Shown: positions 1 to 10,846 of the stretch, one piece after another | Position numbering within the stretch: the first letter of the stretch is position 1 | Layout: every line of letters begins with the position of its first letter | Assembly: GCA_963793425.1 (NCBI GenBank) | Contig: CAWCAG010000007.1 | Span: 704,001 to 768,000, forward strand | Direction: 5' to 3' | Length of the DNA: 64,000 nucleotides | From: an uncultured cyanobacterium | GTDB taxonomy: Bacteria > Cyanobacteriota > Cyanobacteriia > Cyanobacteriales > CAWCAG01 | Program-made: the position numbers and the translations under genes | Notes under the pieces: model-generated | The model's input: only the letters and a program-made list of their open reading frames with translations | The model's database searches: none | What the model was told of the DNA's origin: nothing

Positions 1-2
1 CA

Positions 3-2627
3 GGAGGTATTCAAACCAGCAATGGCGCAGTAAATGTCACCAATAGTACGATTAAAGATAGTGTTGGCAACTCTGGTGGTGGCAATGGTACAGGTATTAG
101 CGCTGGTGGTACGGTGACACTAAACAATAGTACTGTAAGTGGCAATCGAGGAACTGGTATCTACATCGGTAGCCGTGGCAGTACAGTAAAGTTAACTGAT
201 AGTAACGTAACTGGCAATCAAGGAGGAGGCATTTACAGTGCTGCTGGAGTTGAATTAACCAACAGCACTGTAGCTAATAATGTAGGAAGCGGTATTTTGA
301 GCAATATTTTCAACAATGATATCAGCTTAGTAAACATCAACAACAGCATTATCAGTGGTAATATTTCCAATAGCCGCGCCAGCATTGTCAACAAGGGGAT
401 AATAAATATCAACGACAGTATCGTTAGTAATAATTCAGGAGGCATTCGAGGTGAGGATACAGTAAATGTCACTAATAGCACTGTAAGCGACAATCTAAGA
501 ACTGGTATCTCCATCACTAGCGGTAGTGGTACACTAAATTTGACCAATAGTAGCGTGACTGGTAATCAAGACGGCGGTATTCTCAGTCGAAAGCCAGTAA
601 CTATTATTAACAGTACCATAAGTGGTAACACAACAAGAGGTAGCGGGAGTGGTATTAGAAGCTACGCTGGTGGCACTATTATTAATAGTACTATCACCAA
701 CAACACAGCAGACTCTAATGGCGATGGTATCGGAAGTGGTGGCGGTATTTATACAAGGTTGAATACGACACTCAACATTAGCAACAGTATCATTGCTGGT
801 AATTTTGCTCTTGGAGGTACTATTAACTCCGACTTTTCCGGCAGAGGTACAATCAATGGCAACGCTAATAACCTTATCGGCGATACAACCGGAGCAAACG
901 GTACAATTGGTACAGGAAGCGATCTCACCTTTGCTAATTTGGGCATCACAGACATTAATCAAATCCTGACTCCCTTAACTAACAATGGTGGGTCAACTCT
1001 AACCCATGCACTCATCCCAGGTAGTCCTGCTATTGATGCTGGTAACAACAACAACGCCCCGGCAACTGACCAAAGGGGAGTAATCAGAGATGCTAAAGTT
1101 GATATCGGTGCATTTGAATTTACTGATGCAAACACTGGTGTAGTATCGAATCCCGTCTTAACTCCTACTACTTTAGCAGCCGTCAACAATGTTATCACCT
1201 CAAACCCAACTCTAAATCCGACACAAACCCTCACACCTACAACTACTTCTTTTGATAATTCCTTCGTTTCAACTGAAGCCGGAACAACTCTAGCAGAAAT
1301 AAAGCCACTGGAAGAAGACCCCATCCTTAAAATAAATCCTCTCGAAATAGAACCTATTGAGAGACGTTTTACAGGCGCTTTCACCAACTATCTAAAATTA
1401 GATGAACCTAATATTAATGACCTCAAACAAGCCCAGAATATTCTTACTCAAGTAGAACAAGAAACAGGTATTAAGCCTGCTCTCATCTACGTTGTCTTCG
1501 CCCCCACTTCCGCAGAATTGCCTGTAGCGACAAAAGACTATCACCTCAAAACTTCCCAAGTACTGGAAAATCTTTCTCAGCAAGACTCTCAAGATAACTA
1601 CCAACTAGAATTAGTTGTTGTGACAGCAGAAGGAGAAGCCTTCCGGCGTGTGTTACCAGAAACTACTAAAGCAGAGGTGATCCGCCAAGCTAAACACTTT
1701 CGCCGTACCATCACCAATCCTTTCCGGGAAGCAGCTTATATTAAACCCGGCCAACAATTTTATCAGTGGTTAGTTGCCCCGTTAGAAGCAGATTTACAAG
1801 AGAGAGAAATTGATAACCTTGTTTTCATTCTTGATGAGGGTTTGCGTGGTGTTCCCCTGGCTGCAATGCTAGATGGCAACCAATTTGTCATCGAAAAATA
1901 TAGCGTTGGTTTGATGCCCAGCCTCAGTTTAACTGATACCAACTATGTAGATGTCAAAAAACTTAAAGTACTAGCAATGGGTGCTGACACCTTCACTGAA
2001 CAAAATCCTCTCCCGGCTGTCCCCAAAGAGCTATCTTTAATCACCAAGCAATTATGGTCTGGGAAGTCCTACCTCAATGAAAACTTCACCTTAAAAAATC
2101 TCAAACAAGCTAGAAATCAAGACCCCTTTGGTATCATTCACCTAGCTACCCATGGTGAATTCAAACCCGGTGAACCTAGTAACTCTTATATTCAACTTTG
2201 GGAACAAAAGCTATCTTTAGATAGTTTGCGAACTCTGGATTGGAATAATCCCTCTGTAGAATTATTAGTTTTGTCTGCTTGTCGCACCGCCTTGGGAAGT
2301 CGGGAAGCAGAATTAGGTTTTGCTGGCCTTGCGGTGCAAGCTGGGGTAAAATCTGCCTTGGGTAGCCTCTGGACGGTCAGTGATGATGGGACTTTGGGTT
2401 TAATGAGTAGTTTTTACCAACAACTCAAAACTGCACCTATTAAAGCTGAGGCATTGCGTCAGGCACAACTGACAATGTTACGGGGAGAAGTGTATTTAGA
2501 AGATGGGCAACTCGTTAGTGGCGATCGCCGAATAGCTTTACCTGATGCTTTGGCAGATTTGGGTGACCAAGATTTAACTCATCCCTATTACTGGAGTGGT
2601 TTCACTATGATTGGTAACCCTTGGTAG
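3..2627 (+). CDS. Beta-helix (right-handed, choice-of-anchor-Q-like) exoprotein with C-terminal CHAT caspase-like protease domain; 5' end lies outside the window
   Basis: The frame is open from base 3. It has Asn/Gly/Ser-rich 'NSTVSGN' repeats and the 'THALIPGSPAIDAG..DQRG..DIGAFE' motif. CHAT motifs HLATHGEF, LVLSACRT and HPYYWSGFTMIGNPW are present. Confidence 0.9.
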   Translation, partial: GGIQTSNGAVNVTNSTIKDSVGNSGGGNGTGISAGGTVTLNNSTVSGNRGTGIYIGSRGSTVKLTDSNVTGNQGGGIYSAAGVELTNSTVANNVGSGILSNIFNNDISLVNINNSIISGNISNSRASIVNKGIININDSIVSNNSGGIRGEDTVNVTNSTVSDNLRTGISITSGSGTLNLTNSSVTGNQDGGILSRKPVTIINSTISGNTTRGSGSGIRSYAGGTIINSTITNNTADSNGDGIGSGGGIYTRLNTTLNISNSIIAGNFALGGTINSDFSGRGTINGNANNLIGDTTGANGTIGTGSDLTFANLGITDINQILTPLTNNGGSTLTHALIPGSPAIDAGNNNNAPATDQRGVIRDAKVDIGAFEFTDANTGVVSNPVLTPTTLAAVNNVITSNPTLNPTQTLTPTTTSFDNSFVSTEAGTTLAEIKPLEEDPILKINPLEIEPIERRFTGAFTNYLKLDEPNINDLKQAQNILTQVEQETGIKPALIYVVFAPTSAELPVATKDYHLKTSQVLENLSQQDSQDNYQLELVVVTAEGEAFRRVLPETTKAEVIRQAKHFRRTITNPFREAAYIKPGQQFYQWLVAPLEADLQEREIDNLVFILDEGLRGVPLAAMLDGNQFVIEKYSVGLMPSLSLTDTNYVDVKKLKVLAMGADTFTEQNPLPAVPKELSLITKQLWSGKSYLNENFTLKNLKQARNQDPFGIIHLATHGEFKPGEPSNSYIQLWEQKLSLDSLRTLDWNNPSVELLVLSACRTALGSREAELGFAGLAVQAGVKSALGSLWTVSDDGTLGLMSSFYQQLKTAPIKAEALRQAQLTMLRGEVYLEDGQLVSGDRRIALPDALADLGDQDLTHPYYWSGFTMIGNPW

Positions 2628-2696
2628 CGAAGTTTGTAGATTCAGTTCTACAAACCATTGCTAATTAAAATGAGCTATTTTCCTTAACTTTAAACT

Positions 2697-3821
2697 TCAA
2701 TAAAATAAATGGGGAACAAACAAACTTGAATCTTGAGTGATAATACTTCTATCTTCGCGAATACCAATTCCTGCTGCTTCTTCGCCAACAATCCAAGAGC
2801 CAATTACTGGGTAATAATTAGTAAAGTTAGGTAAAGGGTAATAATCTTGAAAGATTAAAGTTTCTTGAGGAGTTGTATTAGGCATCTGACGATAACCTTC
2901 GTTGCGATAAATAGTAATGTTTTCCCCTTCACGAGAAAAAAGAGGCTTACTAATATAAGGCGGTTCTAAATGGGCAGAATCAAAATAACTTGGTAGGAGA
3001 TATTTATGGTTAGGAAACATCTCCCAAAGTAAGGGTAAAATACCTTTATTGCTAAGAATCATCTTCCAAGGAGGTTCAAAAATGCTTTGGGGTTCTTTGA
3101 GGAGATATTGACCAAAATCTTCCTGAATCATCCACTCCCAAGGATAAAGTTTAAAAAGCAACTCGATTGGTTGGTTTTGTAAGTCACAAAATTTCTCTGT
3201 TTCGGCATCCCAACCAATCTCATCAATAAAGATATGCTGAGTTTTAAACTGGGCTTGAATTGCCAAGTCTCTGAGATATTCCACCGTCCCCACATCTTCA
3301 TCTGTATTGGCTTCACAAGCGAAGTAAAAGGTTTTTTCCCTAGTAGGATGTAAACTTTCAAACTGGGCTAATAGTTTTTCATGTAGAGAATTAAACTGGT
3401 CTGCTTCAGGAAACATTTCTTCTAACCAAGCCCATTGCACTACACTCGATTCTAATAAGGCTGTGGGTGTATCGGCATTATATTCTAATAGTTTGGGAGG
3501 ATGTTTACCATCATAAGCCAAATCAAAACGCCCATACAAACTTCTATCTTTTCTTTGCCAAGATTGTTGACATAATTGAGCAAATTGCGGAGGAATATCT
3601 AATTGAGAAAATAGGCTTTTGGCGATTACTCTCTCTACTAATTCTAAACACATTTGCTGGAGAGTTTCTGTTGCTTCTTCTAATTCATCTATTTCTGCGG
3701 CAGTAAAGCAATAACAAACTCCTTCATGCCAATAAGTTCCTTCAATATCATAAAAAGAAAAACCTACTTCTTCACACTTTTGCTGCCAATTTAAACGACG
3801 CTCAACTAAACGGCGTTCCAT
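2697..3821 (-). CDS. Glutathionylspermidine synthase family ATP-grasp ligase (YgiC-like)
   Basis: Motifs LYGRFDLAYDG, KLLEYNADTPT, QFNSLHEKL, FKLYPWEWM, EPPWKMILSNKG, KPLFSREGEN and GIGIRED. ATG at 3821 was chosen over TTG at 3830. Confidence 0.92.
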   Translation of the reverse strand: MERRLVERRLNWQQKCEEVGFSFYDIEGTYWHEGVCYCFTAAEIDELEEATETLQQMCLELVERVIAKSLFSQLDIPPQFAQLCQQSWQRKDRSLYGRFDLAYDGKHPPKLLEYNADTPTALLESSVVQWAWLEEMFPEADQFNSLHEKLLAQFESLHPTREKTFYFACEANTDEDVGTVEYLRDLAIQAQFKTQHIFIDEIGWDAETEKFCDLQNQPIELLFKLYPWEWMIQEDFGQYLLKEPQSIFEPPWKMILSNKGILPLLWEMFPNHKYLLPSYFDSAHLEPPYISKPLFSREGENITIYRNEGYRQMPNTTPQETLIFQDYYPLPNFTNYYPVIGSWIVGEEAAGIGIREDRSIITQDSSLFVPHLFY

Positions 3822-3859
3822 AACTTCCAAACCTACACTTATAAAATGTTCAATTGATA

Positions 3860-4309
3860 TTAACTTTTGCCCCCACCCTTAGCTTTGCCCGTTGAACCAA
3901 AGCCGCCTCGTGAGGATTTTTTCCCTGAGGTATTAGACTTCGCAGACCCAGTTTGTGTCTGCACTGTTTTAAGCGATCGCGCGGAATTCTTGGGGCCGGT
4001 TTTCTGAATTGGTACAGTATTAGGAACAGCTTTGGCTTTACTACTACCCTTCGGTAAGTAATGCAATCTTCGGTTAATATAAAGATAGCGAGGCCCCGAA
4101 TAATAGGTTGCACCAGTTGAAGAATTACTAGCCCCTGAATATTTGTAAAACTGTTCACACTCCTCAAAATAACCCCAGTCTTTTTGACAGTCTTGCTTGG
4201 TGCGATAGACGTTACGAGAATAAGTTCCTTGGTTAGCTTGACAAGCCACTAGAGAAACTGAGGCAATCCAAACTAAGGTAATAATTTTACTTCTCTTATT
4301 ATATTTCAT
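3860..4309 (-). CDS. YgiB/DUF1190-like lipoprotein
   Basis: Lipobox SLVAC, 'Y.TKQDC...C' motif, basic low-complexity tail ending SSRGGFGST; directly upstream of the YgiC-like gene. Confidence 0.7.
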   Translation of the reverse strand: MKYNKRSKIITLVWIASVSLVACQANQGTYSRNVYRTKQDCQKDWGYFEECEQFYKYSGASNSSTGATYYSGPRYLYINRRLHYLPKGSSKAKAVPNTVPIQKTGPKNSARSLKTVQTQTGSAKSNTSGKKSSRGGFGSTGKAKGGGKS

Positions 4310-4506
4310 AGGTTTATAAAGTTTGAGTAGCTTTTAATTGTTTCTTAATACTAGCCAAATTTCTAGGTGAAATTCTCCCCATTTTTCTGATCTTCCTGCT
4401 TAATGCTAGATGACCATTAATTGCGATCGCCGACAATTCCTTAACTCCATATTGCTCCTATTTAATGGTGGGCAAATCTTGACTATAATTTTAATCAACA
4501 AATAGA

Positions 4507-6015
4507 CTATTTTTTGCCCACCCTACTTGGAAATTCACTTTGCGTAGGGAGATTTTTCGCTAATATCTTCCTGGCTAATTGCTTCTTAATTAGCATCCCT
4601 AAAACTTGCATTGCTTGCTCAATACGTTCTGACCAAGGTAAGGCACAATTGAGCCGCAAACAGTTGCTGTAGCTACCTGAAGGGGAAAAAATTACTCCAG
4701 GTGCAATGCTAATTTTTTCTTGCAATGCTTCCTGGTAAAGTTCCATAACCTCAAACTCTGGGGGCAATTCAAGCCACAAAACATGACCTCCTTGGGGACG
4801 AGTAACGCGGGTTTCCCCAGGGAAATGTTGACAAATTGCTTGGGTTATATGATTCATTTGCAACTGATAGGTGCGACGTAGTTGGCGGAGATGGCGTTCA
4901 TAACCTCCATTGCTCAGAAATGCTGCTACAGTAAGTTGAGGTGCAACGGCTGTAGTCATGTTGATAACTAACTTAGACTGCTCTATCCTGCCTTGATAAA
5001 GCCCTGGTATACACCAACCAACCCGCAACCCAGAAGAGAGGGTTTTGCTGACGGAACCGCAGTAAAGAACTCGGCATTGGGTGTCAAAGGCTTTGATGGC
5101 TTTGGGTCGCACTTTGCCGAAATAAAGTTCTCCATAAACATCATCTTCTACCAAAGGGCGATCGTAGCGGTTGAGGAGTGCTACTAGTTCCTGCTTATGG
5201 CGATCGCTCATAGTATGACCGAGAGGATTGCTGAAGTTGGAAACGACAATGCAGGCAGCTATTTGTTTTTTCACTAATGCTGCTTCTAAATGGGCCAAAG
5301 AAATACCTTCACGGGGATGAGTTGGTAGTTCCAAAGCCTTGAGATGTAATGCTTCTAAGGCTTCAAGTATGCCATAATAACAAGGAGATTCAATAGCTAC
5401 AGTGTCCCCTGGTTGGGTGACAGCTTTGAGGGAAAGATAAACAGCCTCGCTAGCACCGTTAGTAATGACAATTTGCTCAGGAGTTAAAGAACAACCTGCA
5501 TCTATCAGCCGCTTAGCTATTTCGCGCCGTAGGGTAGCACAACCAGGAGGAACATGGTAAGCATGGACTAATTCTGGTTCAGCACGAATCACTTTAGCCA
5601 TTAGTCGGTTCAATGCCTTGGTGGGAAACAGTTCCGGGTCTGGCACTGCTGCCCCTAACTTTAAAGTTTGGTGATTGCGGATGTCGCTATGTACCTGGAA
5701 AGCTAAGGAATTATCAAGGGGTAAAATTTTGAAGCAAGGGGCAGAAGGATTAGGTTCGTGGGGAGACAGCGAGGGGTTTGGTTTGACGTAATAACCAGAT
5801 TGAGGACGGGCGGCGATCACTCCCCCATCTTCAAGCAAACGGTAAGCTTCTAAGACTGTGGAAATGCTTACTCCTAGCTGCTGACGAAGCTTGCGAACAG
5901 AAGGAAGGCGATCCCCCGGTTGTAAAGTGCCTTCGTTGATTAAAGTCTGAATACTATCAGCTACCTGTTCATAAAGTTTACGCCCTAAAGTTTTGTCAGG
6001 AAGAAGAAGTTTCAT
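4507..6015 (-). CDS. MocR/GntR-family PLP-dependent transcriptional regulator
   Basis: N-terminal winged HTH (LYEQVA..PGDRLPSVR..VSISTV..AY). Aminotransferase-like domain with EDDVYGEL and SVSKTLSSGLRVGW. Confidence 0.95.
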   Translation of the reverse strand: MKLLLPDKTLGRKLYEQVADSIQTLINEGTLQPGDRLPSVRKLRQQLGVSISTVLEAYRLLEDGGVIAARPQSGYYVKPNPSLSPHEPNPSAPCFKILPLDNSLAFQVHSDIRNHQTLKLGAAVPDPELFPTKALNRLMAKVIRAEPELVHAYHVPPGCATLRREIAKRLIDAGCSLTPEQIVITNGASEAVYLSLKAVTQPGDTVAIESPCYYGILEALEALHLKALELPTHPREGISLAHLEAALVKKQIAACIVVSNFSNPLGHTMSDRHKQELVALLNRYDRPLVEDDVYGELYFGKVRPKAIKAFDTQCRVLYCGSVSKTLSSGLRVGWCIPGLYQGRIEQSKLVINMTTAVAPQLTVAAFLSNGGYERHLRQLRRTYQLQMNHITQAICQHFPGETRVTRPQGGHVLWLELPPEFEVMELYQEALQEKISIAPGVIFSPSGSYSNCLRLNCALPWSERIEQAMQVLGMLIKKQLARKILAKNLPTQSEFPSRVGKK

Positions 6016-6033
6016 CGGTTATTTATTATGGGG

Positions 6034-6088
6034 GTACAGTTAAAGCAATAAAGCTCCAGTACAGTTACTAAAAGAGCAACTGTACTGG
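6034..6088. promoter_or_regulatory. Probable MocR operator: two direct copies of GTACAGTTA plus an inverted copy
   Basis: GTACAGTTA at 6034-6042 and 6059-6067. Perfect 11-bp inverted repeat CCAGTACAGTT (6056-6066) / AACTGTACTGG (6078-6088), immediately upstream of the MocR start. Confidence 0.7.
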
Positions 6089-6175
6089 TGATAATTTAAC
6101 ATTATTGACTCTGATAAGTAGTAGAAAAGTTTTAGATAATTGAATTAAAGATAGACAATCAACAATGAGAGGGTG

Positions 6176-6325
6176 ATGATGTTAAAAACCAAAAATCGCG
6201 TCTTACCAAACACAAAGCTTCAAGAATCTACTCAGTCAAGCCGCAATTATCTTAATTTGCCACGGAAGTTTGCTCGTTTTTGTGTTTATTATGGAAAGTA
6301 TGTTTCTCATTCTTTGGATGAGTAA
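6176..6325 (+). CDS. Putative 49-aa small protein divergent from the MocR gene
   Basis: ATG at 6176 preceded by GAGAGGG; reads MMLKTKNRVLPNTKLQESTQSSRNYLNLPRKFARFCVYYGKYVSHSLDE, TAA at 6323-6325. Not in the ORF track. Confidence 0.5.
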   Translation: MMLKTKNRVLPNTKLQESTQSSRNYLNLPRKFARFCVYYGKYVSHSLDE

Positions 6326-6405
6326 TACTAAATCCGTGCTTATATAGCACAGGTTATTTGTGAGGGTGGGGAGTAGGGAGTGGGGAGAGGGGAATAGTAA
6401 TATAA

Positions 6406-7806
6406 ATGACAAATGCTCAATATTTATCTGCAAGCCAAACTCAAGGAGAAACCATAGCAGCGATCGCAACGGCAGTAGTTCCTAGTCAGGGTAGTATTGG
6501 TATTGTTCGTTTATCAGGGGCAACAGCTTTAGAGATTGGGAAAAAGATTTTTTTTGCCCCAGGAAAGCAGCAATGGGCAAGTCATCGTCTCCTCTATGGT
6601 TATGTTCGCCATCCCCATAGCCAAGAAACCATTGACGAAGCTTTACTTGCTATTATGCAAGCACCTCGCTCTTTTACTCGTGAGGATGTCATTGAATTTC
6701 ACTGTCATGGAGGGATTATTCCAGTACAGCAAGTATTACAATTATGCTTGGAAGCTGGGGCAAGACTGGCTCAACCGGGAGAATTTACCCTCAGAGCCTT
6801 CCTGAATGGTAGAGTTGATTTAACCCAAGCAGAGGGCATTGCTGACCTAGTTGGGGCAAAATCTCCTCAAGCAGCAAAGATTGCTTTAGCCGGGTTGCAA
6901 GGTAAACTGGCTCAACCAATTCAGAATTTACGGAGTCAGTGCCTGGATGTTTTGGCAGAAGTGGAAGCGAGGATTGACTTTGAAGATGACTTGCCTCCTT
7001 TAAATGAAGAAGAAGTAGTTGCCAGCTTGCAAAGAGTGTTAGAAAAGGTGAAAAGCATCCTCGCTACTTCCCAGCGAGGAGAATTACTTCGCAGTGGCTT
7101 AAAAGTTGCTATTGTTGGTCAACCTAATGTAGGAAAATCTAGTTTATTAAATGCTTGGAGTAGAAGCGATCGCGCCATAGTTACTCCCTTACCTGGCACT
7201 ACCCGCGATGTGGTAGAGTCTCAGTTAGTGGTGGGGGGCATACCTATCCAAGTTTTGGACACAGCAGGAATTCGTGATACAACCGACACTGTAGAACAAA
7301 TTGGGGTGGAGAGATCCCGTCAAGCAGCACAGAATGCTGATTTAATCTTACTTACCATTGATGCACAAGCAGGTTGGCGAATAGAAGATGAAGCAATATA
7401 CCAACCAGTGCAGAATTTACCTGTCATTTTGGTAATTAATAAAACTGACTTAGCTGCTTGCAATCAAGTTGATTATCCTTCCTCAATTAAAATCGTAGTT
7501 AATACCACCGCAGCCCATAACCAAGGTATTGAAGATTTAGAAACAGCAATTCTCCAATCTATCCAAACTGAAAATATCGCTGCCGCCGATACAGATTTAG
7601 CTATTAATCAGCGTCAAGCTGCTGCCTTAATTCGTACTAAACTAGCTTTGGAACAAGTTCAAACAACTATTGACGACAGACTCCCCTTAGATTTTTGGAC
7701 TATCGATCTTAGAAGTGCAATCCAAGCTTTAGGGGAAATAACCGGAGAAGAAGTAACAGAATCAGTATTAGAAAGGATTTTTAGCCGTTTTTGTATCGGT
7801 AAGTAA
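6406..7806 (+). CDS. mnmE: tRNA modification GTPase MnmE
   Basis: [47 protein letters not shown]-terminal FSRFCIGK. Confidence 0.98.
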   Translation: MTNAQYLSASQTQGETIAAIATAVVPSQGSIGIVRLSGATALEIGKKIFFAPGKQQWASHRLLYGYVRHPHSQETIDEALLAIMQAPRSFTREDVIEFHCHGGIIPVQQVLQLCLEAGARLAQPGEFTLRAFLNGRVDLTQAEGIADLVGAKSPQAAKIALAGLQGKLAQPIQNLRSQCLDVLAEVEARIDFEDDLPPLNEEEVVASLQRVLEKVKSILATSQRGELLRSGLKVAIVGQPNVGKSSLLNAWSRSDRAIVTPLPGTTRDVVESQLVVGGIPIQVLDTAGIRDTTDTVEQIGVERSRQAAQNADLILLTIDAQAGWRIEDEAIYQPVQNLPVILVINKTDLAACNQVDYPSSIKIVVNTTAAHNQGIEDLETAILQSIQTENIAAADTDLAINQRQAAALIRTKLALEQVQTTIDDRLPLDFWTIDLRSAIQALGEITGEEVTESVLERIFSRFCIGK

Positions 7807-7862
7807 ATTAAACTCTTTAGAATAGGTAATAGATAAAGAATGCACTGTTCCCTTATTTCAGC

Positions 7863-8630
7863 TTAACGGAAATTATCAGGATTCAAAGTACGGCCAGGAG
7901 AAGACTCTTGGGAAGTGCCAGGACGTAACATTGTACCTGTACCGCCATCGTTGTAATCTAGATAAGGCTTAAGGTTAATGCCTCTACTGCCTGCATTGTT
8001 GTTACCCCCCAAAGTAGATAAATCTACACCAAGAAGATCCCCGACAGGGTTCAACCAATCGTTATTACCATTTCCTGTATAGGTATTCACTCCTTGGGTT
8101 GACTGGCCGCTATCAGCAACCGTAAGGTTTTCAAAAACCAAATCCCGCACTACTTCAGGATTTTTGCCAGGAGGTACGGTTAAGACAATGCGACAATCTG
8201 GTTCTACTTCTGTGGTGATACAAAGAACATCATAGTTGTTTTCTACCCCTGTGGTTAACTCCACTAAACCATCAGGGCGGTAAGACTCCAAACGACTGGT
8301 AATTGCTTCGCAGCGTTTTTGAGGACTCCAACCCCCTCCCATTTGGGCAGGAATAGCCCAAGAATAGGATTCTCCGGGTTGACTTTCAGGGTTATACATA
8401 ACTGTATACTGCCCCTGGTAAACTTCACAGGTAAAACGAACCCCAGTTGTATTGCTTCCGGATTCCGTCGTTTGAGGATCAGTGTCAATAACCACATCAG
8501 GAGGGGCTTGACTAAGAAGCATTTCTGCACCTGTACTACCACTTAAAAAAGCAATGCCACCAACAGAGAAAGTAATGGCTTTTAAGCTAAGGAGAAATAT
8601 TTTTTTTGTTTTAGATATTAATAGCAACAT
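7863..8630 (-). CDS. COP23 domain-containing secreted protein
   Basis: RFTC...WAIP..MGGGWSPQKRCEAITSRLESY..DGL..L.TG.EN.YDVLC pattern; N-terminal signal-like segment. Confidence 0.8.
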   Translation of the reverse strand: MLLLISKTKKIFLLSLKAITFSVGGIAFLSGSTGAEMLLSQAPPDVVIDTDPQTTESGSNTTGVRFTCEVYQGQYTVMYNPESQPGESYSWAIPAQMGGGWSPQKRCEAITSRLESYRPDGLVELTTGVENNYDVLCITTEVEPDCRIVLTVPPGKNPEVVRDLVFENLTVADSGQSTQGVNTYTGNGNNDWLNPVGDLLGVDLSTLGGNNNAGSRGINLKPYLDYNDGGTGTMLRPGTSQESSPGRTLNPDNFR

Positions 8631-8923
8631 AGGAATTATTTTTTTAGTGAAAAGATTAACTTGTAAGTTCGACTAACTAAAAACAATGGCAATCTCTGGT
8701 TTGATCAAATCAAGCCTTAAAATCTCCAAGACTTTTTTTACTCTGAATTGTTCCTTTCTAGATTGGTTTTTTCGATTGCTCAGTAGATACTTAGCGACTA
8801 AAAGCGACACTATTCGGGAATCACTCTCCAAAAAGAAGTCTATCGATAGGTATAAATTCTTACCCTTTACAGAAAATTTAATTAAGAATAGGACAGTTAC
8901 TTAAACAATCAAGATACCTGTAA

Positions 8924-10660
8924 ATGAAAAATTTGACTGTCACCAACACAGCAGATAAAGGAAAAGGTTCTCTGCGAGAGACAATCAACAACGCTAAATC
9001 AGGAGATACAATTATATTTGCTTCTAGTTTGGCTAACAAAACAATTGAGATTGGCAGGCTTAGGTTTAATATTGATAAGGATCTAATCATAGATGGAAGC
9101 AATGCCCCTGGCTTAACTATTAGTGGTGGGAAAAAGAATCAAATATTTCGTTTGCAAGGAAATAACAGAGAATTTAACCTGCGTAATGTTTCCTTGGTTG
9201 ATGGCTTTGCTAATGGCCCTGGGGCCGCTATTTGGGCCTCTAATTCTCAAGCCAAAATAGAAGTAGAAAATGTTGTTTTTGCTAACAATGTTTCCCGTGT
9301 AGGAAGTGCTATTTGGGCTAAGGATGGGGCTAAAGTTACGGTAATTGATAGTCAATTTAATGGTAACAAAGCTACCAAGACAGCCTCTGATATTGCAGCA
9401 GGAGCGATCGCAGTTTTTGATAAAAGTGAACTGGTGGTTGAAGGTAGCAAGTTTGTTAACAATCAAGGAGATGCTGGAGGGGCGATTAGTACTGTCTTTA
9501 CGGAAGTAACAATTGAAGACTCTCAGTTTATTAATAACAAAAGTAGAAGATTTAGTGGTGCAGTTAATATTGATGGGGCTAGTATTCCTAAGCAAGGGCG
9601 CTATAACCCAAGCAAGCGAAGCGGAGATGGAGAAAAAGGGACTATTGTCCTAAACAATAACTTATTTGAGAGGAACCAGGCTACAGGCTCTGGCGGCGGT
9701 TTAACAGTTTGGGGTTACGATCAAGATTTGGTTTTAATTAATAACAATACAATTGTTAATAACAAAGTCTATAAGAGTTCTAGCGGGGAAGCAAGAGGAG
9801 GAGGATTACGGGTAACCGGTTTTGTTACTATCAAAAACTCCACCATTGCTAATAATGAGTCGGAGCAAAATGGTGGGGGTTTATGGTATCAAGGAGAAGT
9901 TCCCATCAAAGTCATTAACAGCAAATTTGATGGCAATAAAGCGCAGCAATTCGGTGGAGCTATTTATAACGGACAATGGGGTAGCGAAACTACCATTGAA
10001 GATACAGAATTTACAGGAAACTGGGCAGGGCAAGAAGCAGGAGCTATTTATACAGTAAAGAATCAACCTATTACCATTGAAGATTCTATTTTTGAGGATA
10101 ATGAAGCCAGCATAGCTGCCACGAAAAACTCGAACTATGAAGTTATCCGGAAAGCTAGCGATAAGTTTTTGCTAACAGAAGAAAATATTCTTTATCAAAG
10201 CGATCGCCGAGAAGATAAATTTACTGGAGGGGAGGGGGATGATTTTCTTATAGGAAGTGGTGGCAATGATACCTTGCTTGGGCAGGGAGGTAACGACACC
10301 CTCAAAGGAGATAGCGGTAAAAATATTCTCAATGGCGGCTCAGGTAATGATCGCTTCATCGGTGGTACAGGAGAAGATATCTTTATTGGAGGTTCAGGCG
10401 CTGACAAGTATATCCTTGGTGATCGTGGGGGTAGTTTTTACAGCAAGACTCGTAACCAAGATCAAGCTGTTATTAGGGATTTCGATCTCGATGAAGATAC
10501 CATTCAACTCAGTGGCAAGCCTTCTGATTACAGTTTAGGCTCTATTACTGTAGGTAAGCACTCAGGTACAGGGATTTTCGGTAAAAATCTCATTGCTGTG
10601 GTAGCAGATGTAGCCCCCAAAGATTTTAATCTCAAAGCTGATTATGTTGATTATGTTTAG
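8924..10660 (+). CDS. Beta-helix exoprotein with C-terminal RTX (hemolysin-type) Ca-binding repeats
   Basis: VTNTAD.G.GSLR N-terminus, repeated GGAI/F..N motifs, GGxGxD nonamers and IRDFD..EDTIQL; no Sec signal, so a type I secretion substrate is likely. Confidence 0.85.
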   Translation: MKNLTVTNTADKGKGSLRETINNAKSGDTIIFASSLANKTIEIGRLRFNIDKDLIIDGSNAPGLTISGGKKNQIFRLQGNNREFNLRNVSLVDGFANGPGAAIWASNSQAKIEVENVVFANNVSRVGSAIWAKDGAKVTVIDSQFNGNKATKTASDIAAGAIAVFDKSELVVEGSKFVNNQGDAGGAISTVFTEVTIEDSQFINNKSRRFSGAVNIDGASIPKQGRYNPSKRSGDGEKGTIVLNNNLFERNQATGSGGGLTVWGYDQDLVLINNNTIVNNKVYKSSSGEARGGGLRVTGFVTIKNSTIANNESEQNGGGLWYQGEVPIKVINSKFDGNKAQQFGGAIYNGQWGSETTIEDTEFTGNWAGQEAGAIYTVKNQPITIEDSIFEDNEASIAATKNSNYEVIRKASDKFLLTEENILYQSDRREDKFTGGEGDDFLIGSGGNDTLLGQGGNDTLKGDSGKNILNGGSGNDRFIGGTGEDIFIGGSGADKYILGDRGGSFYSKTRNQDQAVIRDFDLDEDTIQLSGKPSDYSLGSITVGKHSGTGIFGKNLIAVVADVAPKDFNLKADYVDYV

Positions 10661-10715
10661 GACTAGAGAATGAAGCGATCGCCCCAGTCTTAAACTATAA
10701 GAAATACTTAGTATC

Positions 10716-10756
10716 AAAAGTCAGTATAAGAAAAGACTCTTCACTGACTTTTTTTT
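10716..10756 (+). terminator. Rho-independent terminator candidate
   Basis: AAAAGTCAGT...ACTGAC followed by T8, 55 nt after the stop of 8924..10660. Confidence 0.6.
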
Positions 10757-10846
10757 GCTTCTTAGTTTTCTGATGTCTTATGATCTTCTACCTATCTTGG
10801 CAGAAGAGATGATTACAGACCTTAGCCTAGAGGAAAACAAAATTTG

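Noticed and set aside
233..1604. Several antisense ORFs over the CHAT gene, and similar ones over the FHA gene, bamA, serA and others
   Set aside because: They are shadow ORFs produced by codon bias of the real gene on the opposite strand and carry no recognisable motifs.
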